NCBI GenBank assembly: GCA_023250205.1 | Contig: JAHFBE010000002.1 | Location: 4,084 to 68,083, forward strand | Direction of reading: 5' to 3' | Length of the DNA stretch: 64,000 nucleotides | Origin: Candidatus Melainabacteria bacterium | GTDB taxonomy: Bacteria > Cyanobacteriota > Vampirovibrionia > 2-02-FULL-35-15 | Position numbers and translations under genes: made by a program | The notes under the pieces: model-generated | Told to the model about the DNA's origin: nothing | Seen by the model: only the letters and a program-made list of their open reading frames with translations | Database searches by the model: none | Shown here: positions 17,961-26,272 of the stretch, one piece after another | Position numbering within the stretch: position 1 is the first letter of the stretch | How the letters are laid out: each line of letters starts with the position of its first letter

Positions 17961-18140
17961 TTGATTAAACCAAATTGTGATCTAAAAAAAATGAGTGTGA
18001 AGAATTGAAAGATTTTTTTTACTTGTTAAAGATCAAAATATGAGAATATTTTGATCTTTGTTTTCAATCTTTCTGATTTCAAGACAAAGATCTTTCAAAG
18101 TCCTTTCATTGTAAGTAAATCTTTCAATGTATGAAATGTG
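17961..18140 (-). promoter_or_regulatory. conserved upstream block, copy A (upstream of the metallophosphoesterase-like gene)
   Basis: Shares these segments with 19495-19620: TTGATTAAA[CT]CAAAT, GT[GA]AAGAATTGAAAGA (17997-18012), TTTTACTT.T.AAAGATCAAA, TTTTCAAT and GTATGAAAT. Confidence 0.45.
18028..18059. promoter_or_regulatory. perfect 14-bp inverted repeat with a 4-bp spacer
   Basis: AAAGATCAAAATAT-GAGA-ATATTTTGATCTTT. Confidence 0.4.
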
Positions 18141-18174
18141 TAAAAGTTTATCGATTAAAAAGCTGTATCTTGGG

Positions 18175-19452
18175 TTACTGAGATTTTTTCATATACTCAA
18201 GATCTTGAATCGGAATAAAATCTTCACTTTTTGGAAAGACTCCTATATCTAATCTTCTTAGATTTGTAAATGATAGAGCAGTTAATTTTCTATCTTTAAT
18301 TCTTGGTATACTTTCTTCCTCAAATCTGGATGTCCCTGTATAAAGCGGGTGAAGGAGTTTTGCTTTTGTTAGATCTGTGTTTCTGTTGAAGCCGGCAAAA
18401 AATATAATTGAATACCTATCTTCCCCTATTGGTGAAATTACTCTGTGAGGAGTTGATTTAAGAAATCCTCTTGTTAATATGTCGGCTTGATCAGCAAGAT
18501 TAACTATATATGCATCTTTTGGAGCATCAAGTCGCACCCAGCCGGTGTTTTCAGGGTGCTCAGCATCTTCGTACCAGATCTCAAGACCTGCTTTTGTTGC
18601 TGTAGGCAGTAATGTAGCAAAGTTTAGATCTGTATGTGCCAGTGTACAACTAAAGCTTTTATCTTCTTTAAGCTCATATGCTTTACAGTGTGTCAGTCGC
18701 ATTAGATTTAAATCGTTAATTTCGCCAGATTTAACATCCATTAGATTTATGAAATAATCGTCATTCAATTCTTTTCCTTCAGGGGTTAGAAATCCTTTAT
18801 TACGAAGACCTATTGCCATTGCTTTTGCAACATCTTTTGCTTGAGTATAAAGGGTGTTTACTAAAGCATCAGTTAATTTCTGAAAATCTTTTCCAAGCTC
18901 ATCATCAACATTTCTATTTTTCCCATCTGCAGTTCTATGAACAAATTCAAAAACATTTGCCTGGCTTCGGAGGACAGAATTTCCAATAGCAGATACTGAT
19001 ATTTCAGTGTCAGGGGGGACATAACCATCATTGTTGTTTGATCCTGGCGAACCAAGTTGACTTTTATAACCTACCTCTTTAGCAAAAAAGGCTCTCATTA
19101 TTTTATATGTCTCCTGAACGCTAAATGAATCAAAGTCTTTATCTTGTACAACAGCAAAACCGTATCTTTTCCAGGTATCTATCAATTTATCGGGAAAATC
19201 AGGAGTATTTTTATCAAGTATAATTTCTTGTTTTAGTTTATTTCTTATTTCATCTGCAACTGGACTGACATTGCTTGTAGCAAGTCTTTGAAGCCAGAGA
19301 TGACTTGGTTCTACATGTAAAACTGTTCCTGGATAGAGTGGATAGCTAACTTCATGAGGGGGTTGATCTTGTGGGCTTGGCGGTGTAACAGTTGATCCTG
19401 AATTTTCTGTAATAAGCTTTGGTGTTGCTGGAGTTAAAGCAGTTGTTCTCAT
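18175..19452 (-). CDS. 2-oxoglutarate/Fe(II)-dependent oxygenase
   Basis: HTDLNFATLL...GLEIWYED...WVRLDAPKDAYIVNLADQADILTRGFLKSTPHRV gives the HxD...H facial triad plus the RxS region. Confidence 0.78.
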   Translation of the reverse strand: MRTTALTPATPKLITENSGSTVTPPSPQDQPPHEVSYPLYPGTVLHVEPSHLWLQRLATSNVSPVADEIRNKLKQEIILDKNTPDFPDKLIDTWKRYGFAVVQDKDFDSFSVQETYKIMRAFFAKEVGYKSQLGSPGSNNNDGYVPPDTEISVSAIGNSVLRSQANVFEFVHRTADGKNRNVDDELGKDFQKLTDALVNTLYTQAKDVAKAMAIGLRNKGFLTPEGKELNDDYFINLMDVKSGEINDLNLMRLTHCKAYELKEDKSFSCTLAHTDLNFATLLPTATKAGLEIWYEDAEHPENTGWVRLDAPKDAYIVNLADQADILTRGFLKSTPHRVISPIGEDRYSIIFFAGFNRNTDLTKAKLLHPLYTGTSRFEEESIPRIKDRKLTALSFTNLRRLDIGVFPKSEDFIPIQDLEYMKKSQ

Positions 19453-19494
19453 AGAGTGTCCTTCCTATACTGGTTTTATAAGTGTTTTAATGTT

Positions 19495-19620
19495 TTGATT
19501 AAATCAAATAAAGAGTCAGAAAAAGTAAATGTAAAGAATTGAAAGAAATATTTTACTTATCAAAGATCAAATAATAAAAAATAATTTTCAATGTAAGAAA
19601 TGTTTGCAAAGTATGAAATA
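19495..19620 (-). promoter_or_regulatory. conserved upstream block, copy B (upstream of the 2OG oxygenase gene)
   Basis: GTAAAGAATTGAAAGA at 19531-19546, plus the other shared segments listed for copy A. Confidence 0.45.
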
Positions 19621-19850
19621 CTCTTATAGAGTGGAAGTATTTCAATAATCATTTAAAGTAAAGACTATTAATGAAAGCAATTGTAAGGAAACTGTACGAT
19701 TAGCTTTGTATGAAAAACTAAACATATTAAGGACTAAAATAAGAACAATTTAATCTATTAAGTGAAATAAAGCTAGATTACTTTTGGAAAATCTATTACT
19801 CTGTAGATAAGTGTTCTGACAATGTAGAGAAACTCTTAGTATATAAAACT

Positions 19851-20531
19851 ATGGATTTCACAATACTGATTACTGATGCTGATTCTGAAATTACTTCAGG
19901 TCTTGAAGAGGTACTGAAAGCAAAAGGATATAAAGTCCTCATTGCTCGCAGTGGAGAGCAAGCTTATAGAATTATTAAAGATGAGCTGATTCATCTGGTT
20001 GTTATGGAAGTACATCTTCCTGATATGGAAGGATTTTCGTTATGTAAAAATTTGAGAGCCGAAGGATTTACTAGTCCAATCATTTTTTTATCAGATAAAG
20101 AGTCAGAGATTTACGCAGTTATAGGTCTTGAAATAGGGGCACAGGACTATATAAGAAAACCGTTTAAGATTAATGAAGTAATCGCAAGAGTTGAACTCCA
20201 GTTAAAAAATTATATTATAAAAGCCGTTAATAAAAAAATTAAGATTAAAGATTTGGAAATTGATTTGGAGAGAAGAATAGTTACTTATAACGGGAGAGTT
20301 AAAGAATTAACTCCGAAAGAGTTTCAAATTCTGTGTAAGCTTGCTCAATGTCCACAAAAAGTTTTCTCAAGGGAAGAGCTCCTCTCTGAAATATGGGGAT
20401 ATGACTTTGTTACAAATACAAGAACACTTGATATTCATATTGGTTACCTTAGAAAGAAAATAGAAGATGAGCCACATAGACCAAGGTTATTTAGGACTGT
20501 TCGTGGTGTAGGGTATTATTTGGAAATTTAA
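19851..20531 (+). CDS. OmpR/PhoB-family response regulator with Glu at the phospho-acceptor position
   Basis: Receiver domain plus winged helix (LTPKEFQILCKLA...RTVRGVGY). HLVVMEVHLPDMEG aligns to the canonical LVLLDLMLPGMDG, placing E53 (GAA, 20007-20009) where the phospho-acceptor Asp normally sits. Confidence 0.85.
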   Translation: MDFTILITDADSEITSGLEEVLKAKGYKVLIARSGEQAYRIIKDELIHLVVMEVHLPDMEGFSLCKNLRAEGFTSPIIFLSDKESEIYAVIGLEIGAQDYIRKPFKINEVIARVELQLKNYIIKAVNKKIKIKDLEIDLERRIVTYNGRVKELTPKEFQILCKLAQCPQKVFSREELLSEIWGYDFVTNTRTLDIHIGYLRKKIEDEPHRPRLFRTVRGVGYYLEI

Positions 20532-20541
20532 TGACATTGTG

Positions 20542-22122
20542 TTAGCTATGCTCTTTAAAATTCTTTTCAAACATTTCTTGTAATTCTTTTGCTTTTTTAT
20601 CATAAGCAACAGAATCTTTCCAGGTGTTTTTTGGTTGCAATATTTCAGCAGGTACTCCCGGACATGAAACTGGAATACCAACTCCAAATATTGGATCTTT
20701 TTTTGTTTCTATATTTTTTAAACTGCCATTTAAAGCTGCTTTTACCATTGCTCTGGTTAATGGGAGTTTCATTCTGGTTCCTACTCCATAAGGACCACCA
20801 CTCCAACCAGTATTTATCAGCCAGACATCTACGCTGTGATTTTTAATTTTTTCACCAAGTAGTTTTGCGTAAACACTTGGATGCAATGCCATAAAGGGTG
20901 CTCCAAAACACGGACTAAAAGTAGCCTGAGGTTCAGTAATACCTCTTTCTGTTCCGGCAACTTTTGCAGTGTACCCACAGATAAAATGATACATAGCCTG
21001 ATCAAAAGTAAGTTTTGAAATTGGAGGAAGTACTCCAAAAGCATCACAAGTAAGCATTATGATATTTTTTGGATGACCGGCAGTCCCTTTTAGTGTCATA
21101 TTTGGAATGAATGAAACTGGATAAGAGATTCTTGTATTTTCTGTAATTTCAGCACTATCAAAATCAAGCTCTCTTGTAACAGGATCCATGACTACATTTT
21201 CAAGCATGGTGCCAAAGTGCCTTGTGGTTTCAAATATTTCAGGCTCTGTTTCTGGTGAAAGTTTAATTGCTTTTGCATAACAACCACCTTCAATATTAAA
21301 TACTCCTAGATCACTCCATCCATGTTCATCATCACCGATTAAGGTTCTCTCTGGATCTGCTGACAAAGTGGTTTTTCCGGTTCCAGAAAGTCCAAAAAAT
21401 ACAGCAACATCATTTTCATCTTTTCCGTAATTTGCAGATGCATGCATGGACATGATTCCTTTTTGTGGCAGTAAATAGTTCATTATAGAAAACATGGATT
21501 TTTTAATTTCACCGGCATAAGATGTTCCACCAATAATTATGGTCTTTTCTTTAAAATTGAGAATAATAAAAGTACCGGAATTTGTACCATGTAATTTTGG
21601 ATCTGCGTTTAAGCTTGGGGCATGTAAAATAGTAAACTCATGAGAAAAGTTTTCTAATTTCTTAGAGTCATTTTCCTGGATGAACATTGTTCCTGCGAAA
21701 AGTGCTCCAATAGCACGTTCTGAAACCAGCCTGACAGGAATTCTGTAATTCTCATCTGCACCGACATAGCAGTCTTTTATAAACAAATCTTTTTTTCCTA
21801 AATGCTCAAGAACAAGTTTTTTCAGTGTGTGAAATTTTTCTTCATCAAATGGTTGATTAACCTTTCCCCACCAGACTTTATCTGCACAGCTTGATTCTTT
21901 AACAATAAATCTGTCTTTTGGAGATCTTCCTGTAAATGGAGCAGTGTTTACTACTATTGGTCCATATTTGCTAGATAGTCCTTCGTTCCGTTTAATTGCT
22001 TCTTCGTATAGTGCTGGAATTGAAAGATTCCAGTAGATTTTTTCAGTTGATTTAATGCCAAGATTTTCTAAATTTTTACTTTTTTCCATTAAGGTTGATT
22101 TCATTTGTTCCTCCTTGAACAT
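20542..22122 (-). CDS. pckA: phosphoenolpyruvate carboxykinase (ATP)
   Basis: Motifs FFGLSGTGKTTLS, IGDDEHGW and NIEGGCYAK. Confidence 0.93.
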   Translation of the reverse strand: MFKEEQMKSTLMEKSKNLENLGIKSTEKIYWNLSIPALYEEAIKRNEGLSSKYGPIVVNTAPFTGRSPKDRFIVKESSCADKVWWGKVNQPFDEEKFHTLKKLVLEHLGKKDLFIKDCYVGADENYRIPVRLVSERAIGALFAGTMFIQENDSKKLENFSHEFTILHAPSLNADPKLHGTNSGTFIILNFKEKTIIIGGTSYAGEIKKSMFSIMNYLLPQKGIMSMHASANYGKDENDVAVFFGLSGTGKTTLSADPERTLIGDDEHGWSDLGVFNIEGGCYAKAIKLSPETEPEIFETTRHFGTMLENVVMDPVTRELDFDSAEITENTRISYPVSFIPNMTLKGTAGHPKNIIMLTCDAFGVLPPISKLTFDQAMYHFICGYTAKVAGTERGITEPQATFSPCFGAPFMALHPSVYAKLLGEKIKNHSVDVWLINTGWSGGPYGVGTRMKLPLTRAMVKAALNGSLKNIETKKDPIFGVGIPVSCPGVPAEILQPKNTWKDSVAYDKKAKELQEMFEKNFKEHS

Positions 22123-22267
22123 GGCTTATATTATAGATTATGTAACTCAAAAATCTTTATTAAGTTAAGAGTATTTTCATAAAATGACTTTATTTGACTT
22201 GGTGTATTGTAGTAAGTTAGTATTATAATTCTAAACAAATTATAAAAATATGTAATTTAAGTCTTTT

Positions 22268-22531
22268 ATGAGAAATGAAAAATTAGCTAATGCGGCTTTT
22301 GTCGTAAAACAATATCTGGAGTATATGAATTGGTCTGTATGTGGTCAGAATGTTGCACGTGCTCTGAAAAATGATACGGAACTTCAGTTACGAGTTGGAT
22401 TTTATGTTGATCCTAAAGCACTTATGCAATTCCCTGAGTCGTACTATGCCATAGCTAATTTAATTAAACTCCAAATTAGGGAAAATTCGTCAGGAAGAGA
22501 TGCAACTATTTCATTAGATGTAGCTGGTTAA
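22268..22531 (+). CDS. hypothetical small protein
   Basis: 87-aa ORF only; no motif recognised. Confidence 0.3.
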   Translation: MRNEKLANAAFVVKQYLEYMNWSVCGQNVARALKNDTELQLRVGFYVDPKALMQFPESYYAIANLIKLQIRENSSGRDATISLDVAG

Positions 22532-22577
22532 TATCTGTATAGCTACTGAATTAACTTGAAATGCTATTATTTTATCT

Positions 22578-23822
22578 GTGCCTATTTTAGTACAAAAATT
22601 TGGTGGGACATCAGTTCAGGATGCAGTTTGCATAAAGCGTGTTGCAAAAATTGCAACAGATGCTCAAAAAGCTGGATATCAGGTAGTAGTAGTAGTTTCT
22701 GCAATGGGAGACACTACGGATAATTTAATTGATCTTGCAAGAGATGTTACAAATAAACCAGATCCTCGTGAATATGATCTTCTTCTTTCTACTGGAGAAC
22801 AAATAAGTATACCGCTTGTAGCAATGGCTATCCATTCAGCTGGTGTTAAAGCTATTTCACAAACAGGACTTCAGGTAGGAATAATGACAGAAGATAGACA
22901 TGGCAAGGCACGAATCACTGAAATAAAAACTACAAAGATAAAAAAATATTTATCTGATGGAAATATAGTAGTAGTAGCGGGCTTTCAGGGAATAAGTGAA
23001 GCTACGGGAGAAATTACTACACTTGGGCGTGGGGGCTCAGATACTACAGCAGTAGCACTTGCCGTGGCATTAGATGCTGAGCGGTGTGATATTTATACAG
23101 ATGTAGAAGGGGTCTTTACTACGGATCCTGAGATAGTAAAAGATGCTTCAAAGTTAAAAAGTATTTCCTATGAAGAAATGCTTGAACTCGCAAGCCTTGG
23201 AGCTGGAGTATTGCATCCTCGTTCTGTAGAAATTGCTAAAAATTATAATATGCCTATGCGTGTCAGGAGTAGCTTTAATCCTGGGGATGAAGGTACACTA
23301 GTAAAAGGAGTTAAAGAAATGGAGTTGAATAATCCGGTGAGTGGAGTAGCATTAGATGAGTCCCAAGCAAGAATAGCAATTACAGGTGTTCCTGATAAAC
23401 CAGGAATTGCAGCAAAAGTTTTTGAATCACTGTCAATAAAAAATATTAGCGTAGATATGATTGTTCAATCTACAAGTAAAGATGGAACAAATGAAATTGC
23501 ATTTACTGTAGATAAAGATACGATAGATGATGCTATTAAGGTTACAAATGAAATCGCAAAAGATTTAGGGGCAAAAGAAGTTTCAACAGAGACAAATATT
23601 GCAAAGGTTTCAATTGTTGGAGCAGGTATGATAGGACGTCCTGGTATTGCAGCAGCTATGTTTAAAGCACTTGCAGATGCCGGAATAAATATTCAAATGA
23701 TTTCAACAAGTGAAATTAAAGTCAGTTGTGTTATTGATACAAAAGATGGTGATAAAGCAGTTAAAGCTATTCACAAGGTTTTTGAATTGGATAAATTAGT
23801 TAAAGAGAAACAAAAGGTTTAG
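22578..23822 (+). CDS. lysC: aspartate kinase
   Basis: GTG start. Motifs VQKFGGTSV, VVVVSAMGDTTD and TLGRGGSDTTAV, with tandem ACT-like regions at the C-terminus. Confidence 0.92.
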   Translation: MPILVQKFGGTSVQDAVCIKRVAKIATDAQKAGYQVVVVVSAMGDTTDNLIDLARDVTNKPDPREYDLLLSTGEQISIPLVAMAIHSAGVKAISQTGLQVGIMTEDRHGKARITEIKTTKIKKYLSDGNIVVVAGFQGISEATGEITTLGRGGSDTTAVALAVALDAERCDIYTDVEGVFTTDPEIVKDASKLKSISYEEMLELASLGAGVLHPRSVEIAKNYNMPMRVRSSFNPGDEGTLVKGVKEMELNNPVSGVALDESQARIAITGVPDKPGIAAKVFESLSIKNISVDMIVQSTSKDGTNEIAFTVDKDTIDDAIKVTNEIAKDLGAKEVSTETNIAKVSIVGAGMIGRPGIAAAMFKALADAGINIQMISTSEIKVSCVIDTKDGDKAVKAIHKVFELDKLVKEKQKV

Positions 23823-23831
23823 TGATTAAAA

Positions 23832-23915
23832 GCATTTGCCCGATTTACTCGGCAAATGCGCTCCCTGCAAGAAGAATTGGCAGAGACAAGCACAAACTTG
23901 TTTTGTGCTTTATAA
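23832..23915 (+). terminator. two hairpins downstream of lysC; the second is followed by a T-rich tract
   Basis: First hairpin: GCATTTGCC (23832-23840) pairs with GGCAAATGC (23851-23859). Second hairpin: AGCACAAA (23889-23896) pairs with TTTGTGCT (23902-23909), followed by TTATAAAG. Confidence 0.45.
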
Positions 23916-24021
23916 AGAAAAAACAAAAGATTTAGTGGTTATTTAACTCTTGAAAAGAAGAGCCTTCTTCTGATATACTAGTTTCTAAGTTTAAAAATTA
24001 TTATTTCATTAGGAGGGATTT

Positions 24022-24444
24022 ATGCCTGTAAATGCTTTATCTTCTGTAGTTTCTTTAAATACTCAAAAACTTTTTAATATTTTTAAGGATCGTAAAGATT
24101 CTGATTACACAGCGGTTCCTGATGTCAGATATAACGATATTAATCGTAATGCTGTTGTTGCAAAAGGTGTAAATGTTGGTGAAGTTGGTGAAATCCTTCC
24201 ATTAAACGTTGGGAAAGATAGGCAAATTCTTGTAAGAGTTGATCTTAGTTATGCTCCTGGAGAGAATATAGCATTAGAAATATTACCCTGTGCTGATGAT
24301 TGTCTAAATATACGAAAAAGAACCCAGGATCATCGTGATATTGCTGTAGAAAATGATAGAGCACATGCTAAGTATCCTGCACTTTATCAGGCTGCTGAAA
24401 ATTTTAATTCTGGTGAAATTGTTGAATCTAAAATAGCTTCATAG
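24022..24444 (+). CDS. hypothetical protein
   Basis: 140-aa ORF preceded by AGGAGGG 6 bp upstream of the ATG. Confidence 0.45.
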   Translation: MPVNALSSVVSLNTQKLFNIFKDRKDSDYTAVPDVRYNDINRNAVVAKGVNVGEVGEILPLNVGKDRQILVRVDLSYAPGENIALEILPCADDCLNIRKRTQDHRDIAVENDRAHAKYPALYQAAENFNSGEIVESKIAS

Positions 24445-25278
24445 TTATTTTTTAGATCTGCGCTTTTGTCTCCACTGAGATGGAGTTTCTACAATAAAAT
24501 CTTGCTTCTCCCAAATTCCAAGCATATTTTGCCTGGCATATATTTGAGCTTTTTTAAGCTTATTTATGTACTTTATATTTGGAGGGAAGTCATAAAGTAT
24601 AGCGTAGCCATTTTTTAAAAGCTCTTCGTTTATAAATGTCATTGCGAGCCGAGCAGAGCGTTGCTTCGTCTCTTTGCTACTCGCAACAAACACATACCCA
24701 AGAGTTCTTCTATAAACGTCATTTTTTTGAACATCGGTTTCAATGCAAACATTTTTATTTAATAAAAGCATAGTTAAAAAATCTTTTCCTTGAAGTCCAT
24801 AAATATTTTGATCATGTTCAAATGCGTCAATTCCAAGTAGTCTGACTTTTTTATTGTCATTGCGAGCCGAACAAAGTGAGGCGTGGCAATCCCGAGGGAA
24901 TTCATGTAAAGAGATCGAGGTTGCTTCGCCCGCCTTTGGCGCGGCTTCGTCGCTATTGCTCCTCGCAATGACAATTGTGTCTCCATCAAGCACTTTTTTT
25001 ACGATATATTGTTTGTCATCCTTTGAGCAATCGTTTTGTTCTGTCATTGCGAGCCGAGCAGAACGAGGCGTGGCAATCCCGGGAGAATTTACGTAAAACG
25101 ATTGGGATTGCTTCGCCAGGGCTAAAGCCCTTCCTCCCAATGACAAATTGTTATAATCTAAGATTGAGAAAGAAAATAAAAACAAAATGAAAAAAACTTC
25201 TCTAGCAATATTTTTAATTTTAAGCATATTCTTTTTTGCTAACAAGGCTATATCTATTATTATTGCAGATAAAGACAA
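24445..25278 (-). CDS. staphylococcal-nuclease (thermonuclease)-like protein interrupted by palindromic elements; start uncertain
   Basis: SNase-type blocks VLDGDTIVI, KVRLLGIDAFE, YRRTLGYVF and NEELLKNGYA. The ORF as given overlaps the divergent ccp start. An alternative in-frame ATG at 25047 lies inside an element terminus. Confidence 0.6.
   Translation of the reverse strand: MSLSAIIIDIALLAKKNMLKIKNIAREVFFILFLFSFSILDYNNLSLGGRALALAKQSQSFYVNSPGIATPRSARLAMTEQNDCSKDDKQYIVKKVLDGDTIVIARSNSDEAAPKAGEATSISLHEFPRDCHASLCSARNDNKKVRLLGIDAFEHDQNIYGLQGKDFLTMLLLNKNVCIETDVQKNDVYRRTLGYVFVASSKETKQRSARLAMTFINEELLKNGYAILYDFPPNIKYINKLKKAQIYARQNMLGIWEKQDFIVETPSQWRQKRRSKK
24638..24688 (-). repeat. shortened palindromic element (51 bp) in-frame in the nuclease gene
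   Basis: GTCATTGCGAGCCGAGCAGAGCGTTGCTTCGTC...CTCGCAAC. The coding strand gives VASSKETKQRSARLAMT. Confidence 0.7.
24856..24972 (-). repeat. full palindromic element (117 bp) in-frame in the nuclease gene
   Basis: Termini GTCATTGCGAG (24856) and CTCGCAATGAC (24972). The coding strand gives VIARSNSDEAAPKAGEATSISLHEFPRDCHASLCSARND. Confidence 0.85.
25043..25144 (-). repeat. full palindromic element (102 bp) at the nuclease 5' end / ccp-nuclease divergent region
   Basis: GTCATTGCGAGCCGAGCAGAACGAGGCGTGGCAATCCC...GGGATTGCTTCGCC...CCCAATGAC. Confidence 0.8.
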
Positions 25279-26194
25279 ACAGCTTTTTGAAGAAATGTCT
25301 GCAAATCCTCAAAACAATATGCAGCAAAAAGCAATTCCTATAAATGTAGTGATTATGACTATAGATCCTAAAGTTGAACTTGGTAAGAAGCTTTTTTTTG
25401 ATCCAATTTTATCCAAGACAGGAAAAATAAGTTGTGCAAGCTGTCATAGACCAGATCATGGATTTGCAGATGATAAATCAACTTCAGAAGGGATAAATGG
25501 TCAACAAGGAGATAGAAATACTCCAACAGTTTTTAATACTGTAAATTTAAAATTTCTTTTTTGGGATGGTAGAGCACAAAGTTTGGAAGAGCAGGCGCTT
25601 GGACCAATTAAAAATCCAAAAGAAATGGGGGAAACAGTAAAAGGAGTTCTGGCTAAACTAAATAAAGATCCACAATATGTAAAAGAATTTTCACAAGTAT
25701 TTGGTCAGACGCCAATTTCTACTTCACAGTTAGTCCATGCAATTGCAGATTATGAGAGAACAATAATTTCAAAAGATTCAGATTATGACAAATATATAGC
25801 AGGTAATAAAAAAGCATTGCCTGATAGTGCAAAGCGTGGAATGGATCTTTTCTTTGGTAAAGCTATGTGTGTTGCTTGCCATAAAGGCTCTGATTTTACT
25901 GACGGTGATTTTCATAATATTGGCTTACCAATTACAGATGATGTAGGAAGATCTGCTATTTCAATTACAGGAAAAGATACAAGGAAGTTTAAAACTCCTA
26001 CACTTCGTGAAGTGGCAAATACAGCACCGTATTTTCACAAAGGACAGTTTGAAACACTTGAAGCAGTAATTGCTTTTTATAATGCAGGTGGTGGACAAGA
26101 CGATTATAAAGATCCTCTTAAAAAACCCTTAAATCTAAACGACCAAGAACAAAAGGATTTAGTTGAGTTTTTAAAGTCACTTAGTGGCAGATAA
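25187..26194 (+). CDS. di-heme cytochrome c peroxidase (CcpA/MauG family)
   Basis: N-terminal signal-like segment and two CxxCH heme sites (CASCH, CVACH). Also has FWDGRA and PTLREV. Confidence 0.85.
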   Translation: MKKTSLAIFLILSIFFFANKAISIIIADKDKQLFEEMSANPQNNMQQKAIPINVVIMTIDPKVELGKKLFFDPILSKTGKISCASCHRPDHGFADDKSTSEGINGQQGDRNTPTVFNTVNLKFLFWDGRAQSLEEQALGPIKNPKEMGETVKGVLAKLNKDPQYVKEFSQVFGQTPISTSQLVHAIADYERTIISKDSDYDKYIAGNKKALPDSAKRGMDLFFGKAMCVACHKGSDFTDGDFHNIGLPITDDVGRSAISITGKDTRKFKTPTLREVANTAPYFHKGQFETLEAVIAFYNAGGGQDDYKDPLKKPLNLNDQEQKDLVEFLKSLSGR

Positions 26195-26272
26195 AAAACA
26201 AGTGTGCCTTAATCTGGTATAGCTTCTTGTTTAAACTAAAAAGCTGACATAAAATAACTAACAAGTTAAAAA

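Noticed and set aside
22123-22577. Possible lysine riboswitch (L-box) upstream of lysC.
   Set aside because: I could not find the conserved L-box helices or core sequences. The region is largely occupied by an 87-aa ORF, so it cannot be supported by eye. An Infernal/Rfam scan would settle it.
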